DNA from: Camelus dromedarius
Lineage: Eukaryota
Length of the DNA stretch: 64,000 nucleotides
Assembly: GCF_036321535.1 (NCBI RefSeq)
Contig: NC_087436.1
Coordinates: forward strand, 52,020,001 to 52,084,000
Reading direction: 5' to 3'
Translations under genes and position numbers: made by a program
The notes under the pieces: generated by a model
The model's database searches: none
Seen by the model: the letters and a program-made list of their open reading frames with translations, nothing else
Told to the model about the DNA's origin: nothing
Shown here: positions 53,462 to 64,000 of the stretch, piece by piece
Numbering within the stretch: the stretch's first letter is position 1
Layout of the letters: the number at the start of each line of letters is the position of its first letter

Positions 53462-56400
53462 AGTCCTCTGCTTCTTGAGATGAAAAACTTGGGGTAACAT
53501 CATCTTTTACATCTTAAAGAATACAATGTCTATTTGACAGTTATACCTCAATAAAGCTGAGGAAAGAAAAACTTTAAAAGACAGAAAACTTGGGGCAGAA
53601 GTAGTAAGTTATTTGCCTAAAGTGAACCAAACCTTGTTTGTAAGGATGAGAAGTATTTATTATTCATGGTCTTCACCAGTGGGTTTTCCATGTAGAAATA
53701 TGGGTACTGCTGATTTTTGTTAGCCGCTTTATCACTGCGCTTGCTTTGTAGGTTTCTGGTTACCATGCTATTAAATTCTCTGGCACACAGCAGCTCAGAA
53801 TAGAGTGTGGAATGTAACGGGCATGCGCCAATCGCACTTTTCTATTATTCTACTTTCTATATTACGTTTTCCTCTGCTACTTTCCAAAGGTAGCTGTCAC
53901 CTTTGCCTATCGATTATTGTAACCATGCATATATGAATATTTTTTTCTGTCAGGCTATTGTCAATAAGAACCAGACAGAATATTTTATAGACAGCTCCAA
54001 TTTTTGTAACTCTAAGCAGAATACTGCCCCGAGCAGTGGCCCCATTTCTGTGTACAGATGGTTTTGATGTATGCATTTCAGGTATCTGGAGCAATGCAGA
54101 AAAAGGCAGTCCTGGTTGATACCTATTTTAGAATTAGCCCTACATCCAAAAGTGTATATTTTGAAAGATTTATTTCTGGAATTATGCAGTCCTGCAATAA
54201 GACTAAATTTTGTTCTGTGAATTTTTAAAATAGTGACAATATATCACATAGTGTAGGAATAATTTTAAGACTAGAAGTATTGTGAGGTTTTCTGAATCCA
54301 TTTTATGTAATAAAAATATAGCTCTCCACTTAGACCATTATTGATTATTAATAAACAAAGCTGTCTTTCTACTGATATTAGAAAGAAAGCCAATCCTGTT
54401 CACTGAATTGAAAAAACAAAAAACAAAAAAGCAACAACGTCTGGTTAAAAACCTATCACAAGACTAAAGCTCTCTGTTTGGAGTGGTAGAGTCGGATTAC
54501 TGTAAAATCCCTGATCTCTTCCCCTGAAATAATATAAATCCAGATGAAATCTGGGCCAGCCACTGTTCTCATCCTGGAGTGGGAGGGGTAGGTCAGTGGG
54601 CGAGTGGGGTTGAGGGCCAAGAGAGGGAGGAAACCACAGGGTACCTGCTGGGGTCGGCGTGGTGCGTGGGGAGGAAACTGACTTCCGAATCAGGATGCCT
54701 GCTGTCTAGTTCCAGCTTGCCCCTCCTCGTGAGCTCTCTGCGGGCCTTGGGGCCAGGCAGCCAGGATTGGTCCACATCTTGGCTAACTGTAGTGCTTATT
54801 GGCCTTACCAGTGCGGAGCAGTTACCTGAAACTCAGACCCTCAGTTTTCTCATCTGCATAATGAAAATAATAATAGGACCTTCCTTAGGCAATTGTGAGG
54901 ATTAAATGAGCCAATCCCCAGAGTAAACTAAACCAGATAATATTGCTGTGATTTAAGTTTCTTAACCATTTTGCACCTTAGTTCTTTCTTCCATTCATAA
55001 AATAGAGTATCTTAAGTAGTGTGAAAATTAAACATTGATAAATATTAACTATTGGATGCTATTGATAAAGAGTACTTGGCAAATATTACTGAGAGGTGAA
55101 TTAACTTTTCAGCTGATTGAAATACTTTCACTAACTTGTATACTCAGTTACATTGAACGTTTGAGTAACAAAGCTTCCCTATGTGTAGTAAACTGCAGTT
55201 TTGTTATAGAACGTGCAGGTTTTGGTATTTAGTTATTGACTGTTACAATCAGCTGGTTCATTTCAACATTATTTATTGAGCACTTGCTACAGGAAGTCAG
55301 AGCAGAGGCAGCTGGTGAAGTCACCGAGGCGCAGACCCTACCTTTAACTGCTCTCGTTATTTCTCCTCAGACATCTTATTTAATTAGCATATGGTGTGCA
55401 GAGGCTCCAGAGCCCCCAGTATTGAAACTAAGAGGCGAGCCCCTTAATGCACAGTTGCTTTCGACATCCATTTTACATCTGAATCTCCAAAATTTTTTAA
55501 ATGAAAAAAATCCCTGTCCCCTGAAGTCCTGCCTTGTAAAATGTTCCTGATGCGCGTTGCCCCCTCCTTTTCTCTTCTCACTGGGCCCCATTCTGATCCG
55601 TCTGAAATAACAATTTGCATGTAACACATTCTCTGTTCACTGCTGATCCTCCCTGGAGCTGCTGCTGCTTCCCGTGGGGAATATGGATGAGGCCAGTGGA
55701 TCCCCCAGGAGCCAGGCCAGGGGACACCGAGATAATGACTCTCTGTCATTGTGAATAATTCTCTCAGTTTGAGTTCTCAGCAATTACCAGGTTTTTATTT
55801 CTTTGTACTTTCTTGGTTTGTATCTAACTTTCATTATTTCACAGAATGTTTGTCACCCTGAAGCTCTTCTTGCAAAACCAAGACCAAAAATTAATCAGTA
55901 AAGTTACTTCACCAGTGGCCTTTTCTCTCTCCATGATGTTGTGTATCAAGATCATTGTGTAGATGCCCACAGCTAACCCCCTGGTAGCCCTTAGAGACTG
56001 ATGCAAAGTTGAACTACCTGGAAACTGATCTTGAAAACTGGGAGTTTTGTGCCTGTCAAGAGACTACTTGGGACTTATAAAGTGTATTCAGAAGTAAGAG
56101 GAGAATTGTACAATTTTGATTTGAGAAATCAAGAAATTAGAGTGCCCCAATTCTGCAACATTAAAAGAGCAGAAGAAAGGAGTATTAGATAAACACCACA
56201 TCCTTCTCCAGGATGCATTTCAGAGAACCCTGAAATTATCCAGGTCGCTTCTCTTCCTCCAGATAAGAGTTCCCTTAAATCAGCCTGTAAGATCTTTACT
56301 CAGCGCCCACAGACACCTGCCACGTTTTCCTAGGTCCTAGGTTCCCTTTAGGATTTATGTCTACTCAAGGGCACTAACATGCTCCCTGTCTCTTGGCCTT

Positions 56401-57569
56401 AAAACTTTAAAGCTGGTCTTGATTTCTTCTTTTCCCTCATCCCCCATCCCTAGTCAGCCACTGCGTGCTGCCATTTCACTCCTGTTCTGATATCTTGTTT
56501 CCCTTTTCTCCTTAACTTTTCTGTTGCCTTCCTTCTGAAGCCAACACCTGCAACGTGGCAAGTACAAAATGCCTCGACATTCCCAGGGGATGAAAGTATA
56601 GCATTTTCACAATTCAGTCACCAAGCTCCTGACTGTAACTCACGGTTCATCCTACATCTGTAGTTGTGGTTTACTTGGAGGCATTTTACATGAAGAAAAT
56701 ACACTCTTCCACTTAGTGAGACAGACTGAGTGCAGGACCCCATTTTAGGGAGGGAAAAGACCAAACCCCACTGAGAAGCAGGACGGCGCTAGCTAACAGC
56801 TTGCTTTCACAAGTCGACCTCATAATTCGGTGCCCTAGAAAAATGAGAAATGAGAACATTTGGAGCTCACCTGGGACAAGTTGAAATTATGAATGTTCAA
56901 TCTGTGATTGCTCAGGGGCTGTGGTATTTCCTGCCTGGTTGCCTGTGGTTTATCTCTATCTCTTCTGATTCTTTTTTTTCAATGTGCTAGATTAATTTTT
57001 CTAAAATACCATTTTGCATTCCTCATCTCCTGTTTAAAAACCTGAAATGACTCACCTAATATTAATTTTAGAAATAAATTCAACGGTCTTAATGGAGAAG
57101 CTGGTTTCAGGCCTCCCACAGTTTGGCCCACACCCACCTATTTTCTAGTCTCCTTCATAAACCTTGACATCTAGCCAAATTGATTTGTTTTTTTGGCCCC
57201 AGGAGTGTATGTTTTCCTATCTCCGCCTTTTTCTGAATTTTCTTTAGAATAGCTTTCAAATCTGATTTTCTTTCTTTAATCTCTACTTTGTCTGTGTTCA
57301 GGCTTGGCCTGGGGACCTGGGTGGTGGAAAAGGCCACACTAGTTGAAATGTGGGAGAAGTCTTGTGACATAATCGAATGTCATCGCTTCAATTATTAATG
57401 TTTATTGATACAGAAAGTTAATTGAATGAAAACTGGGGATTGACCACACACTGAAAAGAACCACTCACTAATGCCGTGGTTGGAGCCATTCCATAATTGC
57501 TTGTCTTTGGTCATCCTTCTTGCTTCCATCAAGCAGGCTTCGTGTTTTCCTGTGAAAAGCCACAGAGGG

Positions 57570-57765
57570 GACACAGAGCAGGTACTGGAGTCAGGCTGAG
57601 TGTTAAACCTCATTCTGACTCCTAGCTGTTCAATTTTGGGCATCATTTCCAAACCTGTAAACGAGTACGATAATGGTACCTACCCACTTCCTAGGGTAGT
57701 TGTGAGGATGAGAATAGTTCTTGTCAGCCCATGAGAAGAGCTCAATAAATATTAGCTGCTGCCAT
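57570..57765 (+). mobile_element. MIR SINE
   Basis: ctggagtcaggctg...tagggtagttgtgaggat...gctcaataaatattagctgct. Confidence 0.7.
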
Positions 57766-60079
57766 TAGTGTTAGTCAAAGTATTGATATTATTAGAGCTG
57801 TTGTCTAATGAATTTGATATTTTTCGTTCAGCATTTGTTTCACTGCATTTAATTTTGAGTTGAAAGATACTTCCTGCTTCGAGAACGAAGTCTGTTTCAA
57901 ATTAAAATAAAAATGCATCTAATATACCTTTAAGGAATAATGAGGCATTTAGTGCACTGAAGTCGTTCTGTGCTTCCCAAAGTGGGAACTTACAACAAAG
58001 GAATCATTTAAGCTTAACAATTCTTTATATTAGTCATGTAATTATCCCTTCTCTTAGAAGCCTGGGGCCAAATGGATCTGTTCCCAGGAGAAAGAAACTC
58101 TCTCTCCTGGCTGAACAAAGATGTGAGTGTAAAGGCTTTCCTCTCTCTGATCCCTTGCTACCTCTCTGGTCTAGGAATGCCTTTCTCTCCCCTGAGAAAG
58201 AAGAGTGAGTAGGTGAGGCCACAAAAGCACGAAGGACCTTTTTCTCTTTCTTGAAGCCAGTCTGAGGCCTAAGATACAGAAAGAAATGCCTACGTGAGCT
58301 CACCAGGCAAAAAAAGGGCCTAGTGAAGGCGTTCTACGTGTGTGAATCTCATCCATTCATTCGTACGTTCCTGCAGTCTTTTATTATCTGTTCTTGCAGC
58401 CACTTATTCAGCATATCGACAAGCACTGTGCTGGGTATGGGTCATGCAGAGGGGAAGAATGAGAGGTAGTTCTCTGCCGTGGGTTTAGGCAGATGTTTTT
58501 TGTTTTTATGGTTTGTGTGCATTTTAATATAGCAAGTCAAATTGAATCTTAAAATATTTCCTCTGAGAAGGAAAAACTTTTACATTTGCTAACCTCAGTG
58601 CCAAGTGGAACAAATGTCATGCATATTGAAAAATCAGGAAAGGGAAGCACTCGAGCAGTTGGAGAATCTCTCATTGAGGTGAAGGAAACCAGAGTTGGGG
58701 TCATGGTGCTGGGAGAGACCCTAACCAGTGACTTCTGAAATACAGTCTCTCTATATTTCTGTGATAAGATATTGGAGTTTGAATGTTACTAACTAGGCCA
58801 TAGGACTTTTAGACGCGTAAAAAATAATTTTATTATCAGATAGCATAGCTTTAGACTATTTTTCCCACCGTTTCACTAGCCTGGGTAAAGAACCATTTCC
58901 AAATTCCTGTCCATTATAAGCCATATGCAGCTTGATGGTTGAGACAAATTTAAATTTTGATCCTGTTTTAAGTTTTCTGGTCAGAATTGTGTTACTAGGT
59001 ATGTGATTTTGGGTTTGAAAATTTTTCTTTTAAGTTTACTCGTGGCTGGGGTCTCCAAAGTTTGTACAGAACAGCAAAGACTATTTCAACAGTGTGAACT
59101 TTTCCTTACTAAATAGTAGGACCATTCACACTTCCCAAAGCACTGTGACCACGAAATAATTTGGAGAGGAGGAAGTAACTATTTCTTCTTCAAAACTGGG
59201 AGGCAGGCAAGCTGTGTTCATGATACAGATGAAATCTACAAGTAAACATGGTACTCTGTAAAAAATTGAGTTAGTTTCATTGTTAGGTAGAAAATTTCCT
59301 TTTTTATGACTGTATTACAAGTTTTGTTTCTCTTAAAAGTAGCCTTGGGCTTTATTTAATAATTTGTCTGGAAGAGCAGCAGACAAGGCCATGCATTGTC
59401 CACACTGTTCCAGTATTCAGAAATGAGCTATGATGGAGACTTGGAGAATGGCAGGAAGCGTGCCTGAGCACATACTGGTTCTCTTCGCTGTGGCTCTGAG
59501 AGTGTGACTCTCTTACTGCTGTCTTTGTTGGCTTAAATCCGTTGGGAGGAGGTCATCATAAAGGTAAAACATTCCTTTCTGTTAGCTCGATCAGATGCGG
59601 GTGCTGCTTGGTTCTTCCAAATCACGGAGAATGCCTAGCTGAGTGCTAATAGGAGCCTCAGTTTGGTTTTCTAATTGGAAGCCCTAGTTAAGCTCTGACA
59701 AGATCGCTCTCTCTTGATGTTTTGACACTCTCTCTGTTGACCTGACTCTTTGTTCAAGAGATCTTTTTGCAGCTAAACAAACAAAAGTGGGGCAATGACT
59801 AGAATTTTGTTTTCCGTGTGTCCAAGATACAGGTCTGTTCTGCCGCTAATGTAGGATATCTCCAGAAATCTTTTGCTCTATGTGTGCTGTTGAAATGAAT
59901 GTTATTAAAAAGAAAGATACATAGTATGTATTTTATTTCTTACTCAGAGTTGAACTTAACAGGGAATGCTCCTTTATTTGGTACAATATCATGCTTCGTT
60001 TAGGTTCCATGTTGAGAAGAAGCTTGAGTTCTTTCTTTCATATAATGCCTGCCTCATTGAGACCCATACACAGAGAGTT

Positions 60080-60580
60080 CTGCACCACCGATCAGTCCCC
60101 TGCTCCTGCACAAAACCTTTCAATAGCTTCCCGTCATCCTTTGGATAGAATCCAAACTCCTTATAGCCTCAGGTGCCCAGAGGACGGCTTTCTTCTCCAG
60201 CTCCCTCTGAGCCCTTTCAACCCTTATTCTCTACACCCTGGCTTTACAGATACTTGGTATTTCATGGAGTTTGTTAAGCTCCCCTTTGACCCAGACAAGT
60301 CTTACTCTTTGGGTCTCAACTTAAATGTCCCTCCTGTGGGAACTCTTCCCTTATCCACAGGAACATGCAGTCTTCTGCCTTCACATTTTTCCTTTTAGTT
60401 GAGAAAAATGCACCTAAATTTACTCTGAATCAAGCATTCCATAGCCTATTATCTGTGTTCCTTTCTAAGCTTTATTTCTTGCAAGGAAAGGTCTGTTCCA
60501 TCTCTGTCTGTCTCTCTCCTCCGTGTGAAACACTGTGCCTGCCCCATGGCCACTTATCTAAAATATCTGCTGATTGATTA
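60080..60580 (+). mobile_element. L2 fragment
   Basis: cctgctcctgcacaaaacctttcaatagcttccc...gatagaatccaaactcctta...ctcaacttaaatgtccctcct. Confidence 0.6.
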
Positions 60581-62179
60581 GGAGAAAAAGTTATTCAGGT
60601 CCTTACTACATGCTAGAGAAACCTGTTTCTCAAACAAAGTCAGTGCATTTTAACTTATTTTCTGTTATCTAATCTGGATTAACAATTGCCTGCTTTCTTA
60701 CTTTAGTTGTAAATAGATAGCCTTGTAATATTCTGAGATCTTAAAAGTAAAATAATCTTCACTAAAGCACTGACTACGTTAGAATGTGATCAGTTAGACA
60801 GTCTGAACTAGCAACTTTTAAAGATAGCTAATGAAAAGAAAAATCTTTTTCCTGCACCCAACAGCATTATAGATGTTTTTTACTTCTAAACAATTGTGCT
60901 GATAATTCTCTATTATTCTTACCTGTTTCTCATAAAGCCCTGTAATGACCTCCACTAATACATCTCATTATAGATCAAAGTACTGTATACATATTTTCCA
61001 AGTATTTACTTGCATTTTTATATCTATTTAATCATTAATCTCTCTAGTTAGTGCTTATTGAATGGAGCAATGAGTGAGTTTTAAAAATGTAATAATGGGT
61101 TTAATTTATGAGTATTTAAAAGGAAATATACTACCCCTGCCTTCTAGAATATTTGAAAAATGTATGCTTCAAATTTTCAACAATTCAGTATACTCCATTC
61201 TTCTAGTTTCACTGAAATAATGAAGTTTTGCTACATTGTATTTCCTGAATAGTAGAATATTTGAATACATGTAGAAAAATATAAAACTTCAGGTTAGCTA
61301 AAATTTGGGAATCATCTGTATCTCTTTTTCCTTAGTATAGAAAAATGAGAGTAAACATTTCTATGCAGAGATGAATTTGTTGAACCTCATCAAGATAAAA
61401 CTTAAAGAGATGAATATTTGGTCAAACAGTACTGTTCAACCTTAATACTCAAATCTTGACCAAAGGTCCTTCCTTGGTCATGGCAGATTCGCCATCAGCT
61501 AAGTAGCCCTGTGTGGAGAGCTACTAATGTTTAAGGTCTAGTGTTAAAAAATAAAGTTACATTATTCTAAAATCTTCTTATGAATTTTATTTTGTGCCAT
61601 TGGAGTTAGTTATAATCATTTCAAATTTTGTACGACTCTTTAAAAAAAAAAACTTCTGTTGACTGCACATGTAAATAGCATAGTAGGCTAGGCTTGGAAG
61701 ATATACAAATAAAAAAGGCATAGTGACTCTCCCTAAGGACTAGAGTTCTCAGAAACCTAGCTAATGTTTCCCCAAATAATATGCTGTGGACTGTAATAGG
61801 ATCCAAAAATTAAATGAAAAAGAAGTATTATGAGAATGCCAAGAGGAAGGGATTAATGTGAATCTGTAGACTCAGAGAATGCTCTGAATGAAAATGGTAG
61901 TTGAAGGTTGAATACCATTTCAGTACACGGATCAGGGGGGACAGAAGATTCCTGGTAGATCAGAACTTCTGGAGCAAATGACTGTGTACTTTGTATCCAG
62001 GGAATGGAACCAGCCAGTGGGACTGGACAGAGTTTATCTGGAGATGGGTCTTGGAGGTGGTAAAGGCAAGTCTGATTCTGTCCAAATTGAGCAGAGCTTT
62101 GAATGAATTGAACTTTATTTCCTAGGTCAAAGAGAGCTACCCCTAGAGATTTTTTTTTTAGCTGAAAAGAGACTCTAGT

Positions 62180-62545
62180 AATCTATAATGACCACCAAAA
62201 ACATCTTCCCTCCTAGGCACTTAGGGGAATTGCCATTTTGCACCCCCTTTTCTCTGTTCCTTCCAGTTTGATGGGGTCATTTAGCTGCTTCTAAGAATAG
62301 TGTTGGTACTAGAATTGTTGAAGCACTTATGACCAATAAAAGTCTTTTTCCAGCTCTCTTTCTTCCCTTTGGTATGTTTGAGATAGTGGTCGCCCATATG
62401 AGTAGAGCCTCCCTGCTGACCAGAGATGGATGTATAGTTTGAGCAAGACACATAAAACTTTGTAGTTTTAAGCTTAATATAGAGATTTAAAATTGAGTAG
62501 TTTATTACTGCGTTAGCATCATCTATCGTACCCTGGTGGATATAG
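62180..62545 (+). mobile_element. Old MaLR LTR (MLT1I/J-like)
   Basis: cttccctcctaggcac...gagcaagacacataaaactttgtagttttaagc...tttattactgc...ccctggtggatata; diverged. Confidence 0.55.
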
Positions 62546-63649
62546 GAATGGTGTCAAGTCCTTGCTTCACAGTGACAATCCTGGTAGTATTAAGTAGGGT
62601 ACTTGAAAAGAAGGGAAATCTGGAGTTGAGACCTCTTAAGAGACTGTTGATTTAATCCAGGGAAAAGTGATGGTCAGGCAGTAGCAGTAGAAATGGAAGG
62701 AAGTAATGTAAGTGATAAGGTGGAGAAGGAATCATCAGAATAACTTAACAAATTAGATGGGGAGCAAGTAAAAGAGAAGAATTGAAATAGAAATGCTTAT
62801 CATTTAACTTTTGAAACTTTTATCTCTGAAGAGATCACACTGATAGGTTTCCTTTATATTTTTGTGTTGTTCTCTTTAAACAATCTTTTTAAAAAAAATT
62901 TTCCCAGAGCTTTGGTGATATTAAATTGATTTTTTTTTTATTTACCTACATTTACTCACAGTTTACCAAACGATTTAGACTTTCCTGTATTTTGCTTCTT
63001 TGCTGCTTTATTAATCATTTTATACTGTATGTCGTACATAATGGTTTATTTAGCAATATGTTAAGTAAAAATACTTCAGTTCTAGTGAGTTAATGGAAAA
63101 CATGATGGATCTCCACTACTCTAGCAATCCATAGCCTTATATTCTAATAGTGATAGGAACGGTTACGTAGAGAGCTGCATTCTCAAAGCAGTGTAATGTA
63201 TGTGCTGTCAATAACTGAATGAGACCAGCGGAGTAGGAGCTGGCTTCATTTAGTGAAGAGAAAGGGTGAAAGAGCTACTAAGTAAGTCAAGAGCGAAGCC
63301 AGTCTTAACCCTGTCTTCTGTCTCCACGTCGAGTGCTCTCCATACTATAAGATGCTGCCTAGAACTCCCCCAATTTTGAAACACACAGAAAGCTTAAAAT
63401 CTATCAACGGTATGAGCATAGAGTGTGGACGTATCTCCAAACAGTCAGACCTCAGAAAGACCTTATTAGCCTCTAGAATAGGCTGTTGATTATAATATTT
63501 TTGACCTTTGGATTTTTAGTAACTAGGGGTCTATTTGGAATCCTTTTACTTCCTACAAAGTCCTGATAATCTTAATCTTGCTTTCCCGGTATTTGTACAG
63601 TGAGGTTATGGTGAAAGTATGTGCATTATCACTCTACACCCCAAACTGA

Positions 63650-63905
63650 TATGGGTAGTATAGGTAGAGGTCAAGAACACAGACTCTGGAATCGGGTGGC
63701 CCGATCTCAAGTCCTGGCTCCCCCGTGAGATGCCCAATGACTTGGGAACCATTACACTGTCCCTTCTAGCCTTAGTTTATTCACTTCTGAAATGGAGTAA
63801 AAGTTGTATGTAGATGGTTACGGTGAAGTTCAAATGAGGCAATCTACTGTGGGGTTTTGCACATTGCAAACTTGATAACTTAGCTATTGTTAGATAATGA
63901 TATAA
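63650..63905 (+). mobile_element. MIR SINE
   Basis: gtcaagaacacagactctggaatc...gccttagtttattcacttctgaaatgg...ttagctatt. Confidence 0.65.
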
Positions 63906-64000
63906 TGAGGGAGCTGAAATCTTAGGTGTGTTGCTGATACTGCCATTATCAACCACTTAAAGTCTAAATTATAATTTTGCAACTGTGCCTGATCATTTGT

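Noticed and set aside
59966..60577. 135-aa ORF and neighbours
   Set aside because: Overlap an L2 fragment; no recognisable domain or supported exon structure.

Overview
AT-rich, CpG-depleted mammalian genomic DNA lying inside PPP3CA (calcineurin A alpha catalytic subunit), transcribed on the + strand. The only real coding sequence is one 201-nt internal exon (22308-22508, the second coding exon) with canonical splice sites. About 22 kb upstream and 41 kb downstream is intronic; I found neither the exon-1 peptide nor the next exon (VCGDIHGQ...). The introns carry many decayed transposable elements: MIR, L2, L1 3' fragments, MER5/MER33/MER8/MER91-type DNA transposons, MLT1 and MER21 LTRs, and an antisense ERV1 (MER31/MER67-like) 3' LTR with its polypurine tract and a degenerate env remnant. 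Three tRNA-Ala-derived SINEs with target-site duplications resemble the camelid Vic-1 family, suggesting a camel/alpaca/llama genome. The other ORFs in the track look spurious. I found no convincing new biological system. The findings are modest leads: a frame-symmetric exon, an env relic, a templated rearrangement in a SINE, and candidate CTCF, enhancer and splice elements. Repeat family names come from recalled consensus sequences and repeat boundaries are approximate.
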